From an uncultured Bacteroidales bacterium (lineage in GTDB: Bacteria; Bacteroidota; Bacteroidia; Bacteroidales; UBA4417), in contig CAIJPI010000111.1 of assembly GCA_903822525.1 (NCBI GenBank), forward strand, positions 1-54,423: a stretch of DNA of 54,423 nucleotides, in the 5' to 3' direction. Below the pieces are notes generated by a model. The model had not been told where the DNA came from, ran no database searches, and saw only the letters and a program-made list of their open reading frames with translations. Position 1 is the first letter of the stretch. The number at the start of each line of letters is the position of its first letter. Shown piece after piece: positions 9,628 to 19,426 of the stretch. A program made the translations under genes and the position numbers.

Positions 9628-12600
9628 ATGAAATTAATCTACCTGCCCCTCGTATTACTGACAGTTCTTTCGTTAGCCGCAACTGCACAAAAAAATCAGG
9701 GTTCTTCAGAACTGAGTCCTTTATCGGAAACTGAACTTCTGAAACTTGCATCTATACCAGTATACCAGACTGGGATCACTGATCAGGCCACCACTCTGCC
9801 ATATACAGTTGATAATACCCTCCAGCCCTATTTCCGTCCTCTGTTTAACCAATCAGGACTCGAATGCGGGCAAGCTTCGAGTATAGGGATGAATTTCACC
9901 TACGAAATAAACTGGGCCAGGAACCTTCCGGCCAACATTACCCAAAACCAGTATGCTACTCATTTTACTTATGATTTTATAAATGGAGGCAGCGATGCCG
10001 GTGTAAGTTATTTCGAAACATGGGAAATCGTGAAACGCTGCGGAAACCCAACAGTAGCTGACTATGGCGGGCTTTCGACAGGCGGAGCCTCACGGTGGAT
10101 GACCGGTTACGACAAATACTACAATGCCATGCATAACCGGATTTCGGACGTTTATGCGATTAACGCAGGCGATCCTGATGGATTAAATACACTTAAAAAC
10201 TGGATCTATAATCATTCGAATACATCCTCAATCGGCGGGCTGGCCAACATCTATATCCAATACAAAACCCCTGATGCACAGCTTGCTGCCGGAACACCCG
10301 AAGAAGGCAAATGGGTGATCACCACCTGGGGAGGTAGCCCTAATCATGCTGTTACACTTGTTGGGTACAACGATTCCATCCGTTACGATTACAACAACGA
10401 CGGGCAGTACACCAATACCATAGATATCAACGGCGATGGGATCGTGAATATGAAAGACTGGGAAATAGGCGGTTTCAGACTGGCTAATACATATGGAGGC
10501 ATAAATAACTGGGGCAATTTGGGATTCTCGTATGTGATGTACAAAACGTTTGCCGATAATCTGGGGAGTGGCGGAATATGGAATCATGCGGCACACATTG
10601 TCAAAGTGAAACAAGATGTTACGCCAAAATTAACCTACAAAATCACCCTGAAACACACTTCACGAAATAAGCTTACCATCATGGCCGGAGTTTCACAGAA
10701 TCTTGCAGCCACCGAGCCTGATGCCATGCTTAACCTGCCTATTTTCGATTTACAGGGAGGCGATAAATATATGCTTGGAGGCATAACCGAAGCCGATAAG
10801 ACCATTGAATTCGGAATTGACGCTACACCTCTGCTGAGCCATATTGAACCGGGACAGGCTGCCAAATTCTTCCTTTCGGTACTCGAAACCGATCCCACGG
10901 CCCTGGCAACCGGACAAATCATTTCTTTTTCTTTGGTTGATTATAACGGAACAACAACCACCATTCCATGCACCAGCATCAATGTGCCTCTCGTCGAGAA
11001 CGGGCTCACTGTACTGACAATCACTCATACACCGAATCACTCGCGTCCGTCCATTACAAATACCTCAATTCCTGAAGCAAAAATATACGAGCCTTTCAGC
11101 CAGCAAATGAATGCCACAGGCGGAACCCCTTCGTACAGATGGAAATTTTTATGTGATTATACCGAAACGCCAGTGCCTACAACCTTTCCTACTGTTACAG
11201 CCCAGCAGCTTTCCATTTCAAATTCAGCCAGCGGATTTGCCGAAGTTACCCTCCCCTTTGAGTTCCCTTTCTATGGTAAAAAATATTCAAAACTATACGC
11301 TCATGTTGACGGTTATCTGATGTTCCAACCGGATCTTATGCCCTGGACTTTTATTATCTATGAAAAAACATTTTTTAAGGACACCCCGAATATTTCACCT
11401 TATATGTCGAAACCGCTGAATTTATTTCCTTCAGAAGGCGATGGTATATGGTATGAAGGAAATCAGAATTATGCAATATTTCGCTGGAAATCAAGTATGT
11501 ATGGAAGCGGTCCGACTACTGATCTTAATTATGCTGCAAAAATATATCCTGATGGAAAAATCGAATTCTTTTATGGAAATATCATTTCGAATGACTGGGT
11601 TAAATGGAATGCCGGAATTTCGAAAGGTGACGGGGTAAATTACCATTTCAGCGCAATTACTGATTCACTGGTTCAACCCTCCTTGAACTCCATGTTTCGT
11701 TTTACAAGCCCGGCATTCCCTACAGAAATGACCCTGAGCGATGATGGTTTATTTTCCGGGACACCGATAAACACATATACCAATGTTCCTATAAAATTTT
11801 ATACCGAGGACAATAATAACATTTACAGCACAAAAACACTTTCTTTTTCCACAAAAGGCATAAATATCACATATTCCGTTAATTCGGGTGGCGACAGCAT
11901 TATTGAATATGGCGAAACGCCTCTGCTTACTGCCAAACTTACAAACATCGGAAGCGCAGCTCTTCATAATGTAAATTTAAAATTATTGATTTCCGATCCC
12001 TATATCAGCCAGGTTGATAGCGTTCAAAGCGTCGGCTTGCTGAATCCTGGACAGACAGTCATAATACAGGATGCATTATCCTTTCATGTTTCGGACGGAA
12101 TTCCCGATGGACATGTTATCAGTACTACAAGTCAGGTAGTTGCTACTGAAGATGTTTTTACAAGAGCCCTTCCGATGACTGCATTTGCGCCTAAACTAAG
12201 AATATCAGCTTTAAGTATACTGGATGGAAACAACAATATTCTTATGCCAGGCGAAAGCGGAACACTGCATATTACCATCCGTAACGATGGAGGGGCGTCA
12301 GCCATGAATATCAATGCATTGCTAAGCTCCCTCGATCCCATGATAAGCGTAATACAGGGAGCCGGTACAATATCATTGCTAAACAGCCACCTCACACAAA
12401 GTCTCGATCTGCAGGTCTCAGTATTATCTTCCTGCCCGTTGGGGCATATTGGCTTTGCCGGCCTGCACCTTGCCGCTGACAAAAACTATACGATAACCGA
12501 CAGCGTATATTTTACAATCGGAATTATTGCCGAAGACTTCGAAACGGGTAATTTCACCCGTTATCCCTGGCAGTTTGGTGGCAATGCCAACTGGACTGTA

Positions 12601-14499
12601 AACAATTCGTTGCCTTACCAGGGGACATTCTGTGCTGAATCGCCCGTATTGCTCGATAATCAGCAAAGCTCCATGTATGTAATCATGAATGTATTGTGTG
12701 CTTCCGAAATAAGTTTTTACCGCAAAGTATCATCCGAAAACAATTACGATTTCCTGACATTTTATGTAGATGGAATTGAACAGGGAAAATGGTCGGGCGA
12801 AGCGCCATGGGCTAAAATGACATATGCTGTACAAGCAGGGACGCACACCTTTTCGTGGAAATACAGCAAAGATGTAAATACGTTATCCGGCTACGATAAA
12901 GCCTGGGTCGATTACATCATCTGGCCTCCATACAGCGGACTTTTATTGATTGCCAATGCAGGACCCGATGATTTTGTCTGTCTGCCGGTAAATTATCAGC
13001 TCCAGGCTTCAACTATTCATGCTGAAAATCTCTTCTGGACAACCTCAGGCGATGGCTATTTCAACAATACCAATATCCCTGATGCTCTTTACTTTCCTGG
13101 TATAAGCGATAAAACCAACGGTTCAGCAGTACTAACCATTCATGCAGGAAATTCAACATCACCTTCGGTTACTGATAATCTGACATTAAGTATATTTCAG
13201 TCATCATCGGTATCATCAGGGCCGGATGCAGCCATTTGTTCAGGAAATAATTATACTGTTGCAGGTGCTTCTGCCTCCACTCAGCAAATACACTGGAGTA
13301 CCTCGGGTGATGGCACTTTCAGCAGCAACACCATACTTAATCCTGTATATGCACCAGGGCCTTCCGATATTGCCGGCGGCATTGTTACGCTAACCCTTAC
13401 GGCATCTGGTCCTGTTCAATGCGGTGACGTCTCCGATATTTTAATGCTTACCATCCATCCTGCTGTAATTGCAGGTGCAGGAACTGACCAATCTATCCCA
13501 TACGGCACAGCCACTCAACTAAACGGATCAGTTTCAGGAGGTACAGGCTCGCTCGTCATCCATTGGGAACCAGTTGATAAACTTGTATATGCAGGTGTTA
13601 TTAACCCGGTAACGTTGAACCTTATAAGTTCAGAAGAGTTTTCCATTCATGTAACTGATCCGGCAACGCAATGCAGTTCTTCCGATCTGATGTTTGTAAA
13701 TGTAACCGGAAGCCTGTTGAATGTATATGCAAATGCCCAGCCTGAAGAAATCTGCCTGGGTGGCAGCACACAACTCAATGCAACAGCCGGGGGCGGTTCG
13801 GGTAATTATTCATATTCCTGGTCATCTATACCATCCGGGTTCTCATCTTCAGTTGCTAATCCAACAGTAAGCCCCCTTATTCCTACAAGGTATACGGTTG
13901 TTGTTAATGATGGAGTCAATACTATGCCATCTTCTGTGGATGTATCAGTTGACACACTGGCCGCTTCGCCTTCACAGCCATCCGGACCAACTTCTGTAAA
14001 CGTCTTGATAACACCTGTTACTTCTTACACTTCAGCCGCTTCGCCAAATGCTGTGGATTACCTGTGGCAGTTGGCACCTTCGGGCGCAGGATCGGTAATT
14101 TATACAGCAAACAATTGCCAGATCACCTGGAATACTTCCTTTAACGGCATTGCTTCCCTGAATGTTGCCGGCACTAACGCCTGCGGCGTTGGAGAATTTT
14201 CCGCTACACTGAGTATTGCTGCTTCCCCGCTCATCGGAATTCAGGATCAGAATCCAGCGAACGGAATTCAAGCCTGGCCCAATCCGGCTAACGGTATTAT
14301 AAATATCAAATCCACTCTATCGGGTCCTTGCCATATAAAAATTACCGACTCATATGGAAAGTTAGTGATAGAATCAGATTACCAGAATCTGCCAGGAGCT
14401 TTTACATTAGATTTAAGCCATTTATCCCCGGGATTCTATTTGCTTTCTGCCGAAAACGAATACCTTCGGCAGCAGGTCAGAATTGTATTAACAAGGTAA
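9628..14499 (+). CDS. 1623-aa secreted multidomain protein: N-terminal papain-like (C1-like) cysteine peptidase domain, repeated Ig/PKD-like modules, T9SS C-terminal sorting domain
   Basis: Signal peptide MKLIYLPLVLLTVLSLAATAQ. Papain-like catalytic context: NQSGLECGQASS (Gln/Cys), SPNHAVTLVGYND (His), NTYGGINNWGNLGFSYVMY (Asn/Trp region). Tandem ...WTTSGDGYF.../...WSTSGDGTF... modules. The C-terminal roughly 75 aa (WPNPANGIINIK...GFYLLSAENEYLRQQVRIVLTR, about 14272..14496) looks like Por_Secre_tail. Confidence 0.8.
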   Translation: MKLIYLPLVLLTVLSLAATAQKNQGSSELSPLSETELLKLASIPVYQTGITDQATTLPYTVDNTLQPYFRPLFNQSGLECGQASSIGMNFTYEINWARNLPANITQNQYATHFTYDFINGGSDAGVSYFETWEIVKRCGNPTVADYGGLSTGGASRWMTGYDKYYNAMHNRISDVYAINAGDPDGLNTLKNWIYNHSNTSSIGGLANIYIQYKTPDAQLAAGTPEEGKWVITTWGGSPNHAVTLVGYNDSIRYDYNNDGQYTNTIDINGDGIVNMKDWEIGGFRLANTYGGINNWGNLGFSYVMYKTFADNLGSGGIWNHAAHIVKVKQDVTPKLTYKITLKHTSRNKLTIMAGVSQNLAATEPDAMLNLPIFDLQGGDKYMLGGITEADKTIEFGIDATPLLSHIEPGQAAKFFLSVLETDPTALATGQIISFSLVDYNGTTTTIPCTSINVPLVENGLTVLTITHTPNHSRPSITNTSIPEAKIYEPFSQQMNATGGTPSYRWKFLCDYTETPVPTTFPTVTAQQLSISNSASGFAEVTLPFEFPFYGKKYSKLYAHVDGYLMFQPDLMPWTFIIYEKTFFKDTPNISPYMSKPLNLFPSEGDGIWYEGNQNYAIFRWKSSMYGSGPTTDLNYAAKIYPDGKIEFFYGNIISNDWVKWNAGISKGDGVNYHFSAITDSLVQPSLNSMFRFTSPAFPTEMTLSDDGLFSGTPINTYTNVPIKFYTEDNNNIYSTKTLSFSTKGINITYSVNSGGDSIIEYGETPLLTAKLTNIGSAALHNVNLKLLISDPYISQVDSVQSVGLLNPGQTVIIQDALSFHVSDGIPDGHVISTTSQVVATEDVFTRALPMTAFAPKLRISALSILDGNNNILMPGESGTLHITIRNDGGASAMNINALLSSLDPMISVIQGAGTISLLNSHLTQSLDLQVSVLSSCPLGHIGFAGLHLAADKNYTITDSVYFTIGIIAEDFETGNFTRYPWQFGGNANWTVNNSLPYQGTFCAESPVLLDNQQSSMYVIMNVLCASEISFYRKVSSENNYDFLTFYVDGIEQGKWSGEAPWAKMTYAVQAGTHTFSWKYSKDVNTLSGYDKAWVDYIIWPPYSGLLLIANAGPDDFVCLPVNYQLQASTIHAENLFWTTSGDGYFNNTNIPDALYFPGISDKTNGSAVLTIHAGNSTSPSVTDNLTLSIFQSSSVSSGPDAAICSGNNYTVAGASASTQQIHWSTSGDGTFSSNTILNPVYAPGPSDIAGGIVTLTLTASGPVQCGDVSDILMLTIHPAVIAGAGTDQSIPYGTATQLNGSVSGGTGSLVIHWEPVDKLVYAGVINPVTLNLISSEEFSIHVTDPATQCSSSDLMFVNVTGSLLNVYANAQPEEICLGGSTQLNATAGGGSGNYSYSWSSIPSGFSSSVANPTVSPLIPTRYTVVVNDGVNTMPSSVDVSVDTLAASPSQPSGPTSVNVLITPVTSYTSAASPNAVDYLWQLAPSGAGSVIYTANNCQITWNTSFNGIASLNVAGTNACGVGEFSATLSIAASPLIGIQDQNPANGIQAWPNPANGIINIKSTLSGPCHIKITDSYGKLVIESDYQNLPGAFTLDLSHLSPGFYLLSAENEYLRQQVRIVLTR

Positions 14500-14568
14500 T
14501 TTCAAGACCCGATCCTTATTCATAAGAAAAGCAGGCATCAAATCGCAAAATACCCATGCATCAAAAAA

Positions 14569-14601
14569 GCAAAAAGCCCTTCATTTCTGAGGGCTTTTTG
14601 C
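14569..14601. terminator. bidirectional intrinsic terminator hairpin between convergent genes
   Basis: 12-bp perfect stem GCAAAAAGCCCT / AGGGCTTTTTGC with a 9-nt loop. It is flanked by an A-run on the left and a T-run on the right, so it can serve both strands. Confidence 0.75.
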
Positions 14602-14624
14602 TTTTCCAGGAAGGAAAGGGTAAA

Positions 14625-16262
14625 CTATTTACCAATTTTAATATCAAGTCCGACTGCAACCAGCCAGGTTGTTTTTGAATAATCTTCAACAACAGGAATA
14701 TAAGATGTTCCTAATTTGTGGCTGAACGTTTTATCTCCTTTGTCGTACATTGTATAGAGAGCACCAACGTTTACTCCTATTGCAGGAGAAATTTTGTACT
14801 GACCTCCAAAGGCAACAGTATTTGAAGTAAGGCTGTAGCTCAGATCAGACTGGTATGTTTTCGAAACGCCTGTTTGTGCACGCAGAGCGCCGGCACTAAC
14901 AAGGAATTTATCATTTACATTGTATTCCAGACCTAAAGCAATTTCGAAGAAGTTTTTATCGATAATAGTTTTGTTTTCGATAGGACTCCCGATCGAATCT
15001 TTCTTACCATAATCAGCAGATTTGTCGAAATAGTAATTGAAACCCAACGAAGCATTCAATTTTTTGGTTACAGGATAGGAAGCACCAATCGAAAGCATGG
15101 CAGGCATATCATTGCGAGATTTTGCTCCATTTGTAAATGCACCGGTTCCGTCAACCTTTGTGTCGTTGGTAAGTTCGATTTTGGTGATCATTTCGTATTT
15201 TAAAGCAATTGTAAGTTTTTCAGCTATGGTGAGGTTTGCGCCGAATATAGGAGTGTATCCTGATCCGGTTTGAGTTGCATCCACTTCAGCATCAGCTGTT
15301 TTAGCAGCTAATCCGGTCATTTGTGCAGCACCTGCAGTAGCCTGGCCTGAAACAGCGGTATAAACTAACTGAGCCTGTGCAATCGGGGTGCTCGCAGACT
15401 GACCAGCTGCAAGTAAAGCACCTTCGAGCTGAGCTTGCTGTGTTGCTGTAATAGCACCTGCTGCCTGAGCCTGAGCCAGGGTGAAAGCACCTAAACCAGC
15501 AGTTGCAAGGCTTCCTGCAGCTGCAGCAGCACCGTTGTATTGAGCAGCAACTCCAGTATAATAAGTAGCCTGCTGCGTTCCGAACAGGTCAGCACGCATA
15601 AAAGCTCCGGCATAAGGTGTACCTGCAATAGACGGATTGATCATAATATCCGTGATGGTTCCTTTGTAGGTATTCTTTGCTGTAACAGCGCGCATACCCG
15701 CAAATACTGAGAGGGAAGGATTAATCTCATACGAAACACCAAACTGGTATCCGAAATACACTGAGGTGCCTTCGAAATTGATGGCAGCCTGATAATCAGT
15801 AACGCCAGCTTTAGCAGCAAGGCTAGGTACTAAATCAGAAATACCCATTTCGAACGAAGGAAGACCGGTATCATATTTTGCACCGCCGCCTCCGCCAACT
15901 GGATTAAATCCAAAAGAAAAAGCAAGTTTGTCCATTTTATAAACTGCGAAAACACCAGGAAATACAGGAGCTTTAACAATACCGGTATACTTGGCATCCG
16001 GTGATCCGTGCAGGTAAGGATAACTGTTAATTACATCCTTAGTTTGAAAAATAGATTGGTTGTTCAGGGAAAGGTGAAAACCGTTTCCTAATTTCGTGAG
16101 ACCAGCCGGGTTGTAATAAACGGCATCAATACCTAATGATGCATTACGGGCAAGTAAACGCGCATACGCAGCACTGTGGTTGGTGTTAGTCATAATTCCA
16201 CCAGCCATAAGGCTTGTACTTAATAATGCTGCTGAGAGAGCAAAGAGTAATTTCTTTTTCAT
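14625..16262 (-). CDS. FadL/OMPP1-family outer-membrane transport protein with an Ala/Gln-rich insertion
   Basis: The ORF is open to 16313, but the signal peptide starts at MKKKLLFALSAALLSTSLMA (ATG at 16262). YYNPAGL hatch motif. Beta-barrel repeats and terminal ...VGLDIKIGK. Confidence 0.75.
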   Translation of the reverse strand: MKKKLLFALSAALLSTSLMAGGIMTNTNHSAAYARLLARNASLGIDAVYYNPAGLTKLGNGFHLSLNNQSIFQTKDVINSYPYLHGSPDAKYTGIVKAPVFPGVFAVYKMDKLAFSFGFNPVGGGGGAKYDTGLPSFEMGISDLVPSLAAKAGVTDYQAAINFEGTSVYFGYQFGVSYEINPSLSVFAGMRAVTAKNTYKGTITDIMINPSIAGTPYAGAFMRADLFGTQQATYYTGVAAQYNGAAAAAGSLATAGLGAFTLAQAQAAGAITATQQAQLEGALLAAGQSASTPIAQAQLVYTAVSGQATAGAAQMTGLAAKTADAEVDATQTGSGYTPIFGANLTIAEKLTIALKYEMITKIELTNDTKVDGTGAFTNGAKSRNDMPAMLSIGASYPVTKKLNASLGFNYYFDKSADYGKKDSIGSPIENKTIIDKNFFEIALGLEYNVNDKFLVSAGALRAQTGVSKTYQSDLSYSLTSNTVAFGGQYKISPAIGVNVGALYTMYDKGDKTFSHKLGTSYIPVVEDYSKTTWLVAVGLDIKIGK

Positions 16263-16790
16263 TTTTGGGGTTTTGATTAATAATTTGATCTTTTGGCACT
16301 TTGAAGCAGCCAAAATATATAGTTTTTACCATAAATCCAAATAAAATTGATTAACAGTATCTTACGATTTTACAGATGTTCAACGCATTCAGGTGTTTAT
16401 ATATGTTATTAAGATAATATTTTGTTAATAATTATTTTAAAAAACCAAAAAATCACCTTCAGTTTTCTTCTTGATGACCAATTTCAAATGCAAAGGAAGA
16501 TTCTTGTCATACTATTTATTCTAAACCTTTCCCATTTGTATTTTCAGAAACCAGACTTATCAGATTTCTCCTTTGAGTAACATCATTTTTTATACTTTTG
16601 CGCTTGAAATATCGAGGTTTTTAAAATACTGCTGTGGTAAATGCCAAAAATACCATAGCTTTTGCCGGGAATTATAAGGATTTAATTATTTTGAAACTTA
16701 TAAATCAGCACATTAAATCCGAAATGTATTGTTTTGAATAAAAATACAAGATTTTTTTTTCAGCACTATTGCCCGGATAAAAAAAAGTAT

Positions 16791-16798
16791 TACCTTTG
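16791..16798 (+). promoter_or_regulatory. -7 promoter box TACCTTTG upstream of tRNA-Glu / rpsT
   Basis: Matches TAnnTTTG, 20 nt upstream of tRNA position 1. Confidence 0.5.
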
Positions 16799-16817
16799 CA
16801 GCCTCAAAAATCGATAT

Positions 16818-16889
16818 GGTCCGTTCGTCTAGGGGTTAGGACGTCAGGTTTTCATCCTGGTAACAGGGGTTCGATTCCCCTACGGACTA
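16818..16889 (+). tRNA. tRNA-Glu (anticodon UUC)
   Basis: A 72-nt cloverleaf folded by hand. Acceptor GGTCCGT/ACGGACT (one G-U), D stem GTCT/GGAC, anticodon stem TCAGG/CCTGG with loop TTTTCAT (TTC), T arm AGGGG-TTCGATT-CCCCT, discriminator A. CCA is not encoded. Confidence 0.93.
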
Positions 16890-16913
16890 CAAACAACACT
16901 TTAAAGTTTAACA

Positions 16914-17165
16914 ATGGCAAATCATAAGTCATCCTTAAAAAGGATCAGAGCAAACGACAAGAAAAGGCTTCGCAACCGCTATTATGCAAAAACAATGCGT
17001 AATGCAATTAAAGGTTTTCGTGAATTAGAAGACAAAAGCGTTGCTGCCGAAAAACTCCCTTCACTTGTTTCTCTAATTGATAAACTTGCTAAGAAGAGTA
17101 TTATTCACAAAAATAAAGCTGCGAATTTAAAATCGAAGCTTGCTAAAAAAGTGAATGCGCTCTAA
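16914..17165 (+). CDS. rpsT: 30S ribosomal protein S20
   Basis: 83 aa. [33 protein letters not shown] is the canonical S20 N-terminus. Confidence 0.95.
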   Translation: MANHKSSLKRIRANDKKRLRNRYYAKTMRNAIKGFRELEDKSVAAEKLPSLVSLIDKLAKKSIIHKNKAANLKSKLAKKVNAL

Positions 17166-17186
17166 GTAAGAAACTTCTTCGGGAGA

Positions 17187-17216
17187 AAGCCTCTGTTTAC
17201 AGGGGCTTTTTCGTTT
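17187..17216 (+). terminator. intrinsic terminator after rpsT
   Basis: 9-bp stem AAGCCTCTG / CAGGGGCTT (one G-U), a 4-nt loop, then a T-rich tail TTTTTCGTTTT. Confidence 0.7.
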
Positions 17217-17305
17217 TATATATTTTTGTATTTTAGCTATTCCCTACCTTAGATTACGATATCCAGATCACAATTTTCAATATATTAATTTAATAGTCAA
17301 TCCGT

Positions 17306-18001
17306 ATGGAAAAAAGCACCAAAAATTCTATTAAAGACTGGGCCGAAGATGACCGCCCCCGCGAAAAACTGCTGCATAAAGGACCTGCTACCCTCAGCCA
17401 TGCTGAATTAATTGCCATTCTGATCGGATCGGGAAACCAGGATGAATCAGCCGTGGAACTATCGAAAAGAATACTAAATGATGTTAACGATAATTTTGCC
17501 GGATTAGCCAGGTTAACTATTTCAGACCTCCGCAATTACAAAGGAATCGGGGAAGCTAAAGCAATTTCCATTGCAGCTGCTTTGGAAATAGGGCGCAGAA
17601 GAAGTATCTCAGAAATCGGTGATAAAACACAGGTAAAAGACAGCAAAACAGCATTTGTTCTGCTGCAAAAAGAACTCGGGGACCTGAATTATGAAAATTT
17701 CTGCATAATACTCCTAAACAGGGCCAATAAGGTTCTGAAAACAGTCAGGATAAGTGATGGCGGAATTACAGGCACAGTAGTTGACCAGCGTAAAGTCTTC
17801 AAAATTGCGCTCGATCATAATGCCACTTCTATAATTTTAGGACATAACCATCCTTCGGGACAGCTTACTCCAAGCGATGCCGACCTGCAACTCACAAAAA
17901 AACTGAAAGATGCGGGCAATGTTCTCGATTTGCCAGTTCTCGATCATATTATCATAGGTGACGGAAAATATTATAGTTTTGCCGATGAAGGAATCATGTA
18001 A
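17306..18001 (+). CDS. radC: RadC-family JAB/MPN-domain protein
   Basis: 231 aa. N-terminal IKDWAEDDRPREKL..G...LS.AELIAILIGSG, a HhH region, and the JAMM motif GHNHPSG...PS.AD. Confidence 0.9.
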   Translation: MEKSTKNSIKDWAEDDRPREKLLHKGPATLSHAELIAILIGSGNQDESAVELSKRILNDVNDNFAGLARLTISDLRNYKGIGEAKAISIAAALEIGRRRSISEIGDKTQVKDSKTAFVLLQKELGDLNYENFCIILLNRANKVLKTVRISDGGITGTVVDQRKVFKIALDHNATSIILGHNHPSGQLTPSDADLQLTKKLKDAGNVLDLPVLDHIIIGDGKYYSFADEGIM

Positions 18002-18003
18002 AT

Positions 18004-18031
18004 GATTTCGGATCTCGGATTTCGGATTTCG
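18004..18031 (+). repeat. 4 tandem copies of a 7-nt unit GATYTCG
   Basis: gatttcg gatctcg gatttcg gatttcg (plus a partial gaattt), starting 3 nt after the radC stop. Confidence 0.8.
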
Positions 18032-18120
18032 GAATTTAAAAAGAGTACAGAAAGTGAGATAATTGCAATTAATCAGTTGCTTTAATTATTGAATATCAAC
18101 AAATTAAAAGAAACGATTTC

Positions 18121-19284
18121 ATGCTGAAAATAGTAACCGTTGTTGGCGCAAGGCCCCAGATTATTAAAGCTGCTGCACTGAGCCGCACGATCCGTAATTC
18201 ATTTTCCGATCAGATTCATGAAGTAATTATCCATACCGGCCAGCACTACGATGCGAATATGTCGCAGGTATTCTTTGAGGAACTTGGCATACCCAGTCCT
18301 GATTTCAATCTGAATATCGGTTCGGCACCGCATGGCAGGCAAACAGCACTCATGATCCAGGGCATTGAAGATATATTGCTTTCCGAAAAGCCCGATTATA
18401 TCGTATTGTATGGCGATACGAACTCAACACTTGCCGGAGCTGTTGCAGCAAGCAAAATACATATCCCTGTCGTTCATATCGAAGCCGGTTTGCGATCGTT
18501 TAACAAAAGCATGCCTGAGGAGATTAACCGGATTATGTGCGACCATGCCTCAACCCTGTTATTCGTACCCACCAAAACAGGAATAAAGAACCTGGAAAGA
18601 GAAGGTTTTAAAACCGGAAACCCGTCCCCATTCACTGTTGATAAACCGGGGGTATTTCATTGCGGGGATATTATGTTCGATAACCTCTTATACTTTTCGG
18701 AATTAGCCGGGCAGAGATCAAATATCATGCAGTCGCTCAATCTGAAAGAAAATGAATATGTGCTGTGTACCATTCACCGCGACAACAACACCGATTCACC
18801 CGGGCGCCTGCAACAGATTATAAGTGCCATGTGCAATATAGCCGAAAAGATGAAACTTGGCATTGTAATTCCGTTGCATCCCCGAACATCAAAAATTATT
18901 GAAAGCAAATTACCCGGGGAACTTTACGAACGACTTACAACGAACAAAAACATACACCTGATTCCTCCGGTTTCGTACCTCGAAATGATTTTGCTCGAGA
19001 AAAATGCAAACCTTATCCTCACCGATTCGGGCGGTGTGCAAAAAGAAGCTTATTTTTTCAAGAAGCCGCTGGTAGTTGCACGTCCTGAAACTGAATGGGT
19101 CGAAATTATTGAAAACGGAGCCGGAATTATTGCTGATGCCGATGAAGCTAAAATCATTGAATCCGTACAATTTTTTCAACAACATGATTCTCTCAAATTC
19201 CCTGATGTATTCGGTGACGGGCATGCTGCTGAATTTATATGCAGGACTATGCTGGAACAAATTAATCCCGATTTAGCGAAATAA
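18121..19284 (+). CDS. wecB: UDP-N-acetylglucosamine 2-epimerase (non-hydrolysing)
   Basis: 387 aa. VVGARPQIIKAA, YGDTNSTLAGA, EAGLRSFN and TDSGGVQKEA motifs. Confidence 0.9.
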   Translation: MLKIVTVVGARPQIIKAAALSRTIRNSFSDQIHEVIIHTGQHYDANMSQVFFEELGIPSPDFNLNIGSAPHGRQTALMIQGIEDILLSEKPDYIVLYGDTNSTLAGAVAASKIHIPVVHIEAGLRSFNKSMPEEINRIMCDHASTLLFVPTKTGIKNLEREGFKTGNPSPFTVDKPGVFHCGDIMFDNLLYFSELAGQRSNIMQSLNLKENEYVLCTIHRDNNTDSPGRLQQIISAMCNIAEKMKLGIVIPLHPRTSKIIESKLPGELYERLTTNKNIHLIPPVSYLEMILLEKNANLILTDSGGVQKEAYFFKKPLVVARPETEWVEIIENGAGIIADADEAKIIESVQFFQQHDSLKFPDVFGDGHAAEFICRTMLEQINPDLAK

Positions 19285-19426
19285 AATACAATCTTACATT
19301 TTGCAAATAACCTTATTCTGGATTGAATAAGCCCTAGGGATTTTATCAGGTAAAATTAAAACAAGAAACAAAATTGATATTAAACTGACCTACTACAATC
19401 AATCTGGATATCGGATATATTTTCCT

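Noticed and set aside
18004-18031. Whether any repeat in the window is a CRISPR array
   Set aside because: The only tandem repeats are a 7-nt microsatellite and 18-bp coding repeats in dnaX. There are no 24-48-nt direct repeats with unique spacers and no cas genes.
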